Source: an uncultured Chloroflexia bacterium (GTDB taxonomy: Bacteria; Chloroflexota; Anaerolineae; B4-G1; SLSP01). From it: DNA of 64,000 nucleotides. This document shows positions 1 through 10,764 of the stretch, piece after piece (position 1 is the stretch's first letter; each line of letters opens with the position of its first letter). Position numbers and translations under genes: made by a program. The notes under the pieces were generated by a model. That model ran no database searches and was not told the DNA's origin. It saw only the letters and a list, made by a program, of their open reading frames with translations. Location: the NCBI GenBank assembly GCA_963751345.1, contig CAVVUS010000049.1, positions 32,001 through 96,000 of the forward strand, read 5' to 3'.

Positions 1-1
1 G

Positions 2-742
2 CCGTTTGTGTCGGAGCGCAACCCAGAACCGCCGGGCTCGATGGTGGTGGTCGCCATCGAGCCCACGTGTCGGTTCATGGACCGCTGTGGGATGGGCACG
101 AGCACGCGGAAGGTGGCGGCCCGGCTGTGGGGTGATGTATTGCCCGATGGCGATCCCGCCGGTCTGGTGCGGGACCTGTATGCCGAGGAGAACCGTGGCC
201 AGGCCGACCCATCCGGCTCTCAGGATATGATCGGGTTGGTCTACCCCGGGGTCAACCGTCTCGATTATGATGCCGAGCACGAGGGTGGTTTCTTCCCGGT
301 CCACATCGAATCCAACAACGACCTTGGGGTCGCGCGTTGGTTGGAGAGCGTGATCTACATGGTGCCCATCGCCCAGAGGCCCGCAGGCTATAACCCTTTG
401 GGTATCCGCAACCTGGACCCTGACTGGGTGCGACGCTTGGGTCAGACGGGACGCGACTGCTACGATGCGATCGTCGCCATGGATGCCCAGGCGCTCGGCG
501 CCTCGATGAATGCGTGTATGCTGTGTTGGGAAACGCTGCTCCCTCACGTCGTGCGTCACCCGACCATCACCGTCGATCTGATGGCGATCCTGGCCTACTA
601 CCAGGCACGGTACGCCGGGGCTATGTATTCCGGATGCGGCGGAGGGTATATCTATGTCGTATCCGAGGAGCCGGTGCCCGGCGCGCTGCAGGTGCGCGTC
701 CGGACAGCGGGGAGCGGATCAGCGAATGGAACTGAAGCATAG
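2..742 (+). CDS. GHMP-kinase-like sugar kinase (5' truncated by window edge)
   Basis: GMGTS loop, GSQD motif and C-terminal SGCGGG glycine loop typical of GHMP kinases; frame open from window start. Confidence 0.7.
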   Translation, partial: PFVSERNPEPPGSMVVVAIEPTCRFMDRCGMGTSTRKVAARLWGDVLPDGDPAGLVRDLYAEENRGQADPSGSQDMIGLVYPGVNRLDYDAEHEGGFFPVHIESNNDLGVARWLESVIYMVPIAQRPAGYNPLGIRNLDPDWVRRLGQTGRDCYDAIVAMDAQALGASMNACMLCWETLLPHVVRHPTITVDLMAILAYYQARYAGAMYSGCGGGYIYVVSEEPVPGALQVRVRTAGSGSANGTEA

Positions 743-753
743 GGAAACGGCGA

Positions 754-1596
754 ATGGAGAATGACAACCGACAACTAAGAACGGTCGTTGTCTCCGGCAG
801 CTTCGACAATCTCGGGTCGCGAGACGTGCGGTTTCTCCAGGAGGCAGCCCGGCTCGGCCTGCTCCACGTGCAGGTGTGGTCGGATGGCGTGGTCAACGAG
901 CTGACAGGCCATCCCCCCAAGTTCGGGCAGGAGGAGCGGTGGTATCTGCTGCAGGCTATGCGCTATGTCTCGCATCTGGCGATGGTGGAGGACCTGACGT
1001 CGCCCGACCGCCTCGTACTCGACGACGACGCTATGCCGTCGATATGGGTGGTCAGGGCGGCTGAGGCAACGGCTGCCAAGGAGCAGTTCTGCACGGCCCA
1101 TGGCATCGGTTACCGCGTTCTCGATGACGCTGCCTTGGCCGGCTTCCCGATGCCGCCGGTGCCGTCGGCCGAAGTTGGCTCGCCACACGAGAAGGTGATC
1201 GTCACCGGCTGTTACGACTGGCTTCATTCGGGGCATGTGCGATTCTTCGAGGAGGTCTCGGAGCTGGGTGATCTCTACGTTGCGGTCGGCAACGATACGA
1301 ACGTCCGCCATCTGAAGGGCCCCGGTCACCCGATGCTCTCGGAGGACGAGCGGACCTACATGGTGGGCTCCGTTCGCTACGTCACGCAAGCGGTTGTGAC
1401 GAAGGGGATGGGATGGATGGACGCAGCCCCGAACATCGACGAGATCCGGCCCGACATCTATGCGGTAAACGAGGATGGCGACGTGCCCGAGAAGGCCGCC
1501 TTCTGTGCGGAGCGAGGCCTGAAGTACGTCGTGCTCAAGCGAGAGCCAAAGGAAGGTCTGACGCGGCGGTCGAGCACCGCGCTCCGCGGGTTTTGA
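754..1596 (+). CDS. Tandem-domain cytidylyl/adenylyltransferase (CTP_transf_like x2)
   Basis: Two repeats: GSFDNLGSRDVRFL (degenerate HxGH) and GCYDWLHSGHVRFF; C-terminal RRSST motif. Confidence 0.85.
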   Translation: MENDNRQLRTVVVSGSFDNLGSRDVRFLQEAARLGLLHVQVWSDGVVNELTGHPPKFGQEERWYLLQAMRYVSHLAMVEDLTSPDRLVLDDDAMPSIWVVRAAEATAAKEQFCTAHGIGYRVLDDAALAGFPMPPVPSAEVGSPHEKVIVTGCYDWLHSGHVRFFEEVSELGDLYVAVGNDTNVRHLKGPGHPMLSEDERTYMVGSVRYVTQAVVTKGMGWMDAAPNIDEIRPDIYAVNEDGDVPEKAAFCAERGLKYVVLKREPKEGLTRRSSTALRGF

Positions 1597-1601
1597 AAGG
1601 A

Positions 1602-1637
1602 ACGTTGAAACGTTAGAACGTTCTAACGTTTCAACGT
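1602..1637. repeat. Perfect 36-bp palindrome built of 8-bp-periodic AACGTT units
   Basis: ACGTTGAAACGTTAGAACGTTCTAACGTTTCAACGT equals its own reverse complement. Confidence 0.95.
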
Positions 1638-1650
1638 GTTGTTGCTCCAT

Positions 1651-1679
1651 TTGTCCTCAATCGAAAACCTCACTATCAT
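1651..1679 (+). promoter_or_regulatory. Putative sigma70-type promoter of the kinase cluster
   Basis: TTGTCC-17 nt-TATCAT about 40 bp upstream of ATG 1718. Confidence 0.5.
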
Positions 1680-1717
1680 GTGTGCATAGCTCTGACTAAC
1701 ACACCATAGGGGCGACG

Positions 1718-3772
1718 ATGTCACAACCTGGCGAGCTCCTGCAGCAACGCTACCGGATCCTGGACCGGATCGGCGGGGGCGGGATGGGAACCGTCTACCT
1801 GGCGGAGGATGGCCGTCTGCAGGGACGCCGGTGTGCGATCAAGGAGATGTCGCCCGCCGCGCTTGCCCCCTCAGGACCGCGAGTGGTCCATCGATGCCTT
1901 TCGCCAGGAAGCCCAACTGCTGGCCAAACTCCACCACCCAGGCCTGACGGCAGTGACCGACTTCTTCGGCGAGAGCGGCAACTGGTACTTGGTGATGGAC
2001 TACGTGGAGGGGGAGACGCTGGAGACACGGCTGGCGTCCGCACCTGGGGGGACGTTCGCGGTGCCGGAGGCGCTGCGGGTGGCGCGGCAGTTGGTGGAAG
2101 TGCTGAACTACCTGCACACGCAGCCGACGCAGGTGATCTTCCGGGATCTGAAGCCGAGCAACGTGATGTGCATGGCGGACGGTCAGATCAAGCTGATCGA
2201 CTTCGGGATCGCGCGGTTCTTCAAGCCGGGGAAGGCGCAGGACACGGCATTGTTGGGGACGCCGGGGTATGCAGCGCCGGAGCAGTACGGGGGGATGGGG
2301 CAGAGCGACGCGCGGACGGACATCTACAGCTTCGGGGTATTGCTGAACCGGATGGTGACGGGGTTCGACCCGACCACGGCGGTGAGCCCGTTTCCGATCC
2401 CGGACCCGCGGGAGACGATGCCGTGGATTCCGGAGCAGGTAGCGCACGTGATCGTGAGGGCGACGCAGATGCGACCGGAGGAGCGGTACGGGAGCATCGC
2501 GGAGCTGGCGGCGGACCTGGCGACGCCGTCGCACCCCTTGCCGATGAGAACACGGACGGAGGTGATGCCGCCGCCTAGTGGAGGCACGCCCCCACTCAGT
2601 GGCAGTACGTCCCCCGGTGGCCAACAGCGATCGTTGCGCGCCGGATCACAGCCGGTGGGCCCCCAACCGGGGAGTTGGTCACAGCCGACCGGTTCGCAGG
2701 CAGGTGGCGGGGTGCCCCCAAGCGGTGGATCTTCCGCCTAGCGGCAGCCGGCCGCGGGCGGGACGAGAGCGCTCGGCGACCATCTGGTACGTGCTGGGCA
2801 TCGCGGGATTTGCGCTCCTCCTCTGTGCAGGGCGTCTCGATCGTCGCGGTCGCGCAGGGCATCATCCCGCTCCCCACCTTTCTCAGGACCACTACGACAC
2901 CCGCTGCGACCCGCGTCATTACCGGCGACGCTGAGACGCCCACGGCACCAACCAAAACTGCGACTCCGGAGGGACCGATGGCGCAGGAGCTCTCGACCGA
3001 GACGCCTACCGTCGATGCAACGGAGCCCCCACCAACAGCCACGCCGGTGGACGAGGCGGCGGTCCGAGCCACCGCCGAGGCCGATCGTCTTGCCGGCCTT
3101 CGCTACCGGCCGCAGAACGGGCAGCCGTTTATGGCCTACCGGCCTCCGAGCCCGATTGTCGTGGATGGCCAACTCGACGAATGGGACGGGGTGTCGTCGT
3201 ATCCGGTCGACGCCCTGGTCTACGAGGCGACGCCCGGCAATTGGTATGGCGCGAGCGATCTCTCGGGATCGGCGCAGGTGGCGTGGGATGAGGCTCACCT
3301 CTATCTGGCCGTCAGGGTCGTCGACGACGTTCACGTCCAGACCCAGACGGGGGATGCGATCTTTAGAGGTGACGAGGTCGAGATCCAGATCGACGCGAAT
3401 CTCCAGGGTGACTACGATGTCGCCGAGTTGTCGAGCGACGATGGCCAGATCGGGCTCTCTCCGGGTGATTTTGCCGGCATCGCGCCCGAGGCCTACATCT
3501 ACCGACCGCCCAGCCTGGAGCAGCCGGGCACGATGATCGGCGTCGCGGCGCTGGCGCTCCCTGACGGCTATATCCTGGAGGCCGCGATCCCCTGGGCGGT
3601 GCTGGGTGGCTTCCCCGGCAGTGGCGGCGCGGTGGGGTTCTGTCTGAGCTTGAGCGACGACGACAGCCCTGGGGTTGCCGAGCAGCAGACCTTGGTGTCG
3701 TCTTCGCCGAACCGTACGTGGCCCGATCCGACGACGTGGGGCACGCTCGTCTTGATGGATCAACCTAACTGA
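1718..3772 (+). CDS. Receptor Ser/Thr kinase 1 with TM helix and CBM9-like (sugar-binding) ectodomain; frameshifted near 1870, 2740 and 2830
   Basis: GGGGMGTVY, AIKE, FRDLKPSN, DFG, GTPGYAAPE spread over two frames; TM IWYVLGIAGFALLLC; IVVDGQLDEW, WDEAHLYLAVRVVDD and GYILEAAIPW of the CBM9_1 type. Confidence 0.85.
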
Positions 3773-3820
3773 TACATCAGTTGGATGCATCAGTTTGCGG
3801 AAGGAGACAGGGGGACGGAC

Positions 3821-5586
3821 ATGAGCTCGGGCGAGCGAGGGGTCGTGCTCTCGCGGCGGCAGTTTCTGGCAGGTGTGGCGGCTCTGGCTGCCTCCTCGCT
3901 GGCCGAGGCCCTGGCCGGGTGCACGCCTCAGCTCGACGAGCCCGCTCCCGGCCAGGTCATCCCTGAACCGTCGTCGACGTCTCGCCCGACTCCCGATCCG
4001 GTGCCATCTCCCACGGCTGCTCCGACCCTGGCGCCAAGCCCGACTGCGGATCCGGACCTGCCGCGTTTTGATGACTCAACGCTCACGCCGGTCTACGTCG
4101 CCCACGACGCCACGGCGCAGGGGTACCCTGCGCTCGTGCCTTTCGATCCCGACAGCGCCTATCCCGAGTTGCCTTACGCACCGGGCGCACTGACCCAGCA
4201 AAACGACGCCTACCGGCTGGTCCGCGACGCATTGCGCCTTCTCCACCCGGAGGGCTTCGGCAAGCCGGAGTGGAACCCGTTGGGGGGCGTGATCAAGCCG
4301 GGCGACGTGGTCTTGATCAAGCCCAACCTCGTCGACGGCTCCCAATGGGCAAACGGACAGACGACGCATCCGGCACACCTGCGCCCGATCGTCGATTACG
4401 CTTTCAAGGCGTGCGGCCCCACAGGACAGATCCTCATCGGCGACGGGCCGTGGGCCGTCGACGTCTTCGACAGCGTGGTCTCCGTCACCGGTATCCGCGA
4501 CATGGTGGCGACGCTGGCCCGCGACCACGGCGTGCCCGTGGCGCTGGCCGATTTCAACCAGCCCGGCCCCGACGCGTCTCCACTCGTCGACCTGGGTGAG
4601 CTCTCCGAGCTCCACGGGGTCGACCGGGTGTGGTATGACGGGCACGGCAGTGTGCTCTACGCCGGTGGAGACCCCGGCATCGGCAGCTACCGCATCGCGC
4701 AGCCCGTGCTCCAGGCCGACGTGGTGATCTCCGCTCCGAAGGCCAAGGTGCATTGCTCGGGCGGCATCACCGTCGCGATGAAGAACATGGTCGGCCTCAT
4801 CCCGGCGTGGGACGGGCCGCACGGCGACGGGCAGCTCAAGGAGTGCGCGCACACCAACGACGTCGATCAGGCTGCCGGGAAGCGCGGCATGTATCTCGAT
4901 AATGATACTATCTGGCGGTCGATGGCGGATCTCAACCGCATTCTGCTCTACGCCGATGCCGAGGGCACGATTGGCGCCCGCCCGTCAGCGGGGTTACTTG
5001 GCGATCGTCGACGCGATCGTGGCGGCAGAGGCCAGCCAATACGACCCCGTCCCGCATCCACTGGGCGCTGTCATCGTCGGGACCGACCCGGTCTCCGTCG
5101 ACGCGGTGACGTGCCCGCTGTATGGGGTTCGATCCTCGCAGGCTGAAGTCGGTCGTCAACGTGGCCCGGCGCCAGGACCACCCCCTGGGCACTGCGGATC
5201 CCGCCCGCGTCAGGGTCGTGGTTTCCGAAGGGGAGACGCTCAGCAGCGCCTTCCGCGAGGCGCTCCAACCCGAGCTCTACGTCTACTCGTGGGCAGGATC
5301 GCTGGAGGCGACGGACTTCGATCCACCGGAGCTTCTCACGTCGGGATGGGATCCCGGCGGCGGCCTCTTGCACGTGCGGCTGCGCGATCTTTCGGGCGTG
5401 GCGTGGGTTCGGGCGTCGTATACGGTCGACGGCGAGCGACGCATGAAAGCGCTCGCCCTGGTCGACGGCTCACCCGGCGAGGGGGAGTGGGCGGTCTCCT
5501 TCCCGTTGGGCGCCGAGGTCCAGCAGATCGACCTGGCGGCGGGGGACGCGGTGTTCAACGAGCAGTCGCAGATCATCACGTGGTAG
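3821..5586 (+). CDS. Tat-exported DUF362 family lipoprotein; frameshifted near 4980 and 5115
   Basis: SRRQFL Tat motif followed by LAGC lipobox; VLIKPNLV, TTHP, PKAKVH and ITVAMKNMVG DUF362 motifs; DPVSVDAV...MGFDP continue in other frames. Confidence 0.75.
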
Positions 5587-5601
5587 GTCGAGGTCGTTGT
5601 C

Positions 5602-5693
5602 GTAGAGACGTGCCGGTGGCACGTCTCCGGACGGAGATGAATGGTCGCGACAGGACCTCCGCGTCCGCAGACGCCCCACCGGGGCGTCTCTAC
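5602..5693. repeat. Inverted pair of GTAG-type REP hairpins (REPIN-like)
   Basis: GTAGAGACGTGCC-GGT-GGCACGTCTC (5602-5627) and, on the minus strand, GTAGAGACGCCCC-GGT-GGGGCGTCTG (5693-5668). Confidence 0.8.
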
Positions 5694-5739
5694 GAAAGAA
5701 CAATACGCGCTGAGGTAAACCAGTGAGGGAGACACCGGC

Positions 5740-7822
5740 ATGATGCAAGCGGGCGCAATGCTCCAGAATCGCTACCGGATCCTCGACCGCATCGGCGGGG
5801 GAGGGATGGGGACGGTCTATCTGGCGGAGGACAGCCGTCTGCAGGGACGCCGGTGCGCGATCAAGGAGATGTCGCCTGCCGCGCTGGCTCCCCAGGACCG
5901 CGAGTGGTCGATCGAAGCCTTCCGCCAGGAAGCCCAACTGCTGGCCAAACTCCACCATCCCGGCCTCACCGCGGTGACGGACTTCTTCGGCGAGAGCGGG
6001 AACTGGTACCTGGTGATGGACTACGTGGAGGGGGAGACGCTGGAGAAGCGGCTGGCGATGGCGCCGGGAGGGACGTTCTCCGTGCCGGAGGCGCTGCGGG
6101 TGGCGCGGCAGGTCGTGGAGGTGCTGAACTACCTGCACACACAGCCGACGCAGGTGATCTTCCGGGATCTGAAGCCGAGCAACGTGATGTGCACGGCGGA
6201 GGGGCAGATCAAGCTGATCGACTTCGGGATCGCGCGGTTCTTCAAGCCGGGGAAGGTGCAGGACACGGCGTTGTTGGGGACGCCGGGGTATGCGGCGCCG
6301 GAGCAGTACGGGGGGATGGGGCAGAGCGACGCGCGGACGGACATCTACAGCTTCGGGGTGTTGCTGAACCGGATGGTGACGGGGTTCGACCCGACGACGG
6401 CGGTGAGCCCGTTCCCGATTCCGGACCCGCGGGAGACGATGCCGTGGATTCCGGAGCAGGTAGCGCACGTGATCGTGAGAGCGACGCAGATGCGACCGGA
6501 GGAGCGGTACGGGAGCATTGCGGAGATGGCGGCAGGACCTGGCGACGCCGTCGCACCCTTTGCCGATGGGGACGCACACGGAGGTAATGGCGCCACGCAG
6601 TGGCGGTACGCCGCCACACAGTGGTGGTATGCCCACCGGCAGCAGGGTGCCCTCGAGTGGCGGTCTGCCGCCGAGTGGAGGGTTGCCGCAGAACGTGCGC
6701 GTGCAGCCCACGCCCCGGCGTTCCGCGGGGATCTGGATTGGGTTAGGGATCGCGGGGGTGATCGTCGTCTCTTGTGGCGGCCTCTCGCTCTTCGCCCTCT
6801 CCCAGGGTCTCATCCGGTTTCCCACGCTCGCGCGGTCCACTGACACGCCGACCGCGACCCTCGCATCTCAGGGCGATCCCCCCACGGGCACTCCCGATAG
6901 CCCTACGTCCCAGCCGCAGCCGACGTCAGAGACGGTCACTACAGTGCCGGTTGACGTCGTTGTAGCGCAGTCTACGTCGACGCCGACAGTGGCTCCCGTA
7001 CCCACGGTGACGCCGAAGCCTCGACCACCTCGCCTGGCCTACGTCACGGGCAACGTGGGGAACACGGACGTCTACGTGGCCGACGCCGATGGGCAGAATC
7101 CAACGTGCGTAGCGTGTGCCGCGTGTGATGAGGCGGAGCCCGCATGGGCGCCGGATGGCCGGACGCTCGCATATCAGTCCAACTGCGACGGGCAGCTATG
7201 ACATCTGGATCGTCGGGCGCGCCGGGCCGCGCCGCGCAGCGACTGACGCGGACGTGCGAACGTGGACGAGCGTGAGCCCGACTGGTCGCCTGATGGGACG
7301 CAGATCGTCTATCGATGCATCGCCCCTGGACGTGGCGCGCAATGAGGATGGTGAGCTGAGGTTGATCAGCCGCGATGGCTCCGCGGGACGCGGGCCTGGG
7401 CATCCAGGGGCGTTCTCCCGTCTGGTCGCCCGATGGCAGCAGACTGGTCTTTATGTCGCAGCGCGATGGAAGCTGGCAGATCTACGCCTACGAGTTTGGC
7501 AGCCGCCAGACGCACAAGATAACCGGTTGTACGGCCAACTGCCGCTGGCCCGGCCTGGTCGCCCGACGGCACTGCTGTGATCTACCACGCGACGACCGGG
7601 CCCGGCAGTGTGACTGCCGACGCTATCTGGTCCACGCCGCTGAGTGGGGGCGGAGGGATACAGGTGGTCAGCGGTATGCACGCCGGCAGGCCAAGTTGGT
7701 CGAGCGAGGGGTCGATTGTCTTTAACTCAGACAACGGGATCGAGGTTGTGACGGCGCAGGGCCAGGGGCGTCGTACTCTCATCGGGGGCGATGCGAACTG
7801 GGCCCCCGTGTGGTCCAGGTAG
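5740..7822 (+). CDS. Receptor Ser/Thr kinase 2 with TM helix and TolB/PD40 beta-propeller ectodomain; multiple frameshifts
   Basis: Complete Hanks kinase motifs; TM IWIGLGIAGVIVVSC; repeated PAWAPDG, PVWSPDG, PSWSSEG and APVWS units. Confidence 0.85.
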
Positions 7823-7850
7823 GCTGCTCAGGTGGGGGATTGGGGGCGTT

Positions 7851-9270
7851 ATGAAGACCGCTTCTAGGAAAGAGATCACGTTAGGGCTGCTCATTGGGTT
7901 GGGCATCGGTATCCCTGCCCTTGTGCTGGCGCTGCTTCTGTCCCGCGCCGGCTCGGAGTCCGGCCAGGATGCTGCGACGGCGACGATCGCACCAGTGGCT
8001 GTGCCGTTCGATCTGCCGACCCCCACCGGCTCCGCGACAGCGTTGGGAACGCCCGCTCCCGTCGGATTGACCGGCACCCTCACGCCGGAGGGGTCGGAGT
8101 TGCCGACGCCGGGCGTCGTCACGCATACGGTTGAAGCGGGGGAAACCCTTGGGGGCATTGCCCTGGACTACGACGTTTCTCTTGAGGACCTTATTGCAGC
8201 CAACGACATCGAGAATCCCGACTTTGTCTCCATCGGTGAGATATTGACGATCCCGGTCACCTCGACGGTTACTCAGCCGACGGTTGAGCCAGGGGAGTCC
8301 GGAGCGACGGAATTCCCAACGCAGACGCTGAGCATCGCGCCGCCGCCGTCGGTCACGCTGGAGATCGTCTCTGCCGGTTACCCGGCAATAATGGAGGGTG
8401 ACCTCGACGCAGCGTACCCTTCGGTCGCCGCGTCAAGTCGCTTTGACGTTCACACCACGCCGGATACCTACCCGGAGGCCGATCTGCCGAACGTCACGGC
8501 GATGCTTTCCAGGGCGTTGACGCATATCGAGACGACGCTTGATGCACACATGGACGAGTCCTTCGACGTCTACGTCGCCGGCTCGCTCTTCGAGCCGCCG
8601 GATCAGGAACTGCGGGGACGGAGTTTCTCGGCGTCCCGTCGTTACTTTTTCCTCCACGACGGTACGGGGAATCCCGCCGATCAGCAGTACATTGCGACCC
8701 ACGAGATGACGCACGTCTTCGCCTGGAACGTCTTTGGTCGCCCGGTCTCGGCCATGCTCAGCGAGGGCGTGGCGGTCTACACCGGGATGACGGCGATCGA
8801 GGGGTCGGATCACGTGTCGTCCCAGGCGTTCTGTCGCGCCTACCAGGTCGGCGGAGAGCTCCCGCGCGTGTCCTCCACCTTGCTTTTCGAGGGCCACATC
8901 CGCGATCTGGCGAATTACTACGCCGCCGGGTGTTTCGTACAGTACTTGATCGAGACCTACGGGCACAGAGAAGTTCGGCGAGCTCTACCCCACGGGAGAC
9001 TATGCCAGGGCCTACGGGAAATCGCTCACCGCCCTGGAGAGTGAGTGGCGGGCGGCACTTCAGGCCAGCACCGTCGATCCGGTGCTCGACCCGGACCGTC
9101 TTCTCGCGGCAACCGAGGCGGTCGCCGATGCCTATGATGAACTCCTGACGGGATTCAGTGCCGACGATGCGGCCTGGCAGTCTTACCTCGAGATTGATGC
9201 GGCGCGGATCGCCCTGCTTGAGGGGCGCTTCGATGACGTGGATCTATACCTCGCTAAGGCAGACCTATGA
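7851..9270 (+). CDS. Membrane-anchored LysM plus MA-clan (gluzincin-like) metallopeptidase domain protein; frameshift near 8965
   Basis: N-terminal TM; HTVEAGETLGGIA...LIAANDIENPDFV LysM; HEMTH...SEGVA zinc motif; FVQYLIETYG. Confidence 0.8.
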
Positions 9271-9304
9271 AGCACACATACTCCATCCTCGCCAGGAGGC
9301 CACG

Positions 9305-10204
9305 ATGAGATGTCCGCACTGCAATACTGAGAACCGCCCCGGCGCCCGTTTCTGCGGGCACTGTGGGCAACCCTTGGAGGCGGAAGCTCCTGAGACGCTG
9401 ACGTGCCCGACGTGTGGTGCCTCGGTCAAGCCGGGAGCGCGCTTCTGCCCGCGATGCGGCAGCGATCTGTCCGTCACCTCTCGCAGCCCCGGCGCCCGAG
9501 AGTGCCGAGCGCCGAGCCACCGCGGGGCACCGGCGCCGTCGTGCGTGCCTGGACCTCGAGTTCCGGATGGCGCCCGCACCCTATGTGGGGGCTTCCCTCT
9601 GAGCCCGGAGGCCCACGCCGTTTAAGAGGAGCCCCCGGGCTCTCAGGCACCATCGCCTCCCGTCGGACGGCGCCGGCGGCCGATGTGGCCCCTGGCGATC
9701 GTCGCGGCGCTGCTGTCTGGCCTGGTGCTTCTCTGTGTGATCGTGGCGGTCGCCGTCGGCCCCGCCTTCGGGGAGACGGTGCCGCCTCCGCCGACGGCGG
9801 ACCCCAACACCCCGGACATCACGATCACGGTCGAGGAGGACTACATCAGCAGCGTGATTGCCGATGCGCTTCCGGCTGCCCTCGCGGGCGACGCCGTCCT
9901 GGACGTGCAGCCGGACAACTTGATGGTGATGACGATGAACTTCAGTCTGGTGTTCGTCAGGTTGGAGGTCGTCGTCACCTCGAAGGTCTCCGTCGAGTCA
10001 GGGCGGATCAACGTGGCGGTCGAGAGCATCGAGACGGGCGGCCAGGATATTCTGGGCCTCTTGGGAATGGATGAGGTCTCGTTGGGACAGAATGTCACTG
10101 ACACGATACAGCACGGCCTCGAGGGCGAGTTGGGCGCGGGTGCCCATTTGCTGAGTATCACGACCGACGACCAACATGTGATCCTGACCGCGAGGTGGGA
10201 CTGA
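9305..10204 (+). CDS. Double zinc ribbon, Pro-rich linker, TM and LmeA/DUF2993-like ectodomain; frameshifted
   Basis: CPHC..NRPGARFCGHCG and CPTC..PGARFCPRCG; TM WPLAIVAALL...; C-domain similar to the next gene. Confidence 0.65.
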
Positions 10205-10205
10205 T

Positions 10206-10763
10206 ATGATGACCAAGTTGGTACGCAATCCGTTGGCGATGGTCCTGGTCGGTGCTGCCTTGGGTATCCTTGGCGGTGTCGTGCTGGGTGGGGTGCTTCT
10301 GTTGCTGCTTAACGTCGGGCCGACGGAGCTGGCTGCAGCGCCGGTCGCCACCTCCTACGATATCGAGGCAGTGGTGGAGGAGGACTACATCAACCGGATC
10401 ATGGTGGAGAATGCCAACAGCATGACCGGCCCGGTGACGCTCGTCGCGGGGCATCTGGACCTTCGTCCCGGCGCCGTGGCCGACTTCGTCGTCCAGATCA
10501 AGCTGGGCCCGCTGCAGCCGGTGGTCGACGGCACCGTGGGCTTCGTCGCCACCGATGATGGGTCGAGCATCGAGGTGCAACTGCTCGACGTGAAGATGGG
10601 GCGGCTCAGGCTCAACCGCCTCGTCCCATCCGGCGCGCTGGACGACGTGAACGCCGACATCAAGCGGCTCCTGATCGATAGGATTGGCTCGCAGGGGCTG
10701 ATCGTCCTGGACGTCCAGAGCGACGATACGTCACTGCGACTCCATTTCGGGAGGGGTCTCTAG
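10206..10763 (+). CDS. Membrane-anchored protein, paralog of the upstream ectodomain (LmeA/DUF2993-like)
   Basis: N-terminal TM; DI..VEEDYI, LD.RP and xDD motifs shared with 9683-10204. Confidence 0.6.
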   Translation: MMTKLVRNPLAMVLVGAALGILGGVVLGGVLLLLLNVGPTELAAAPVATSYDIEAVVEEDYINRIMVENANSMTGPVTLVAGHLDLRPGAVADFVVQIKLGPLQPVVDGTVGFVATDDGSSIEVQLLDVKMGRLRLNRLVPSGALDDVNADIKRLLIDRIGSQGLIVLDVQSDDTSLRLHFGRGL

Positions 10764-10764
10764 G

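Noticed and set aside
2711-2721. GGTGCCCCCAA matches the tRNA-Glu 3' end, suggesting an att site bounding a 40-kb island
   Set aside because: Only 11 bp, inside a coding linker, and no integrase present; compatible with chance.
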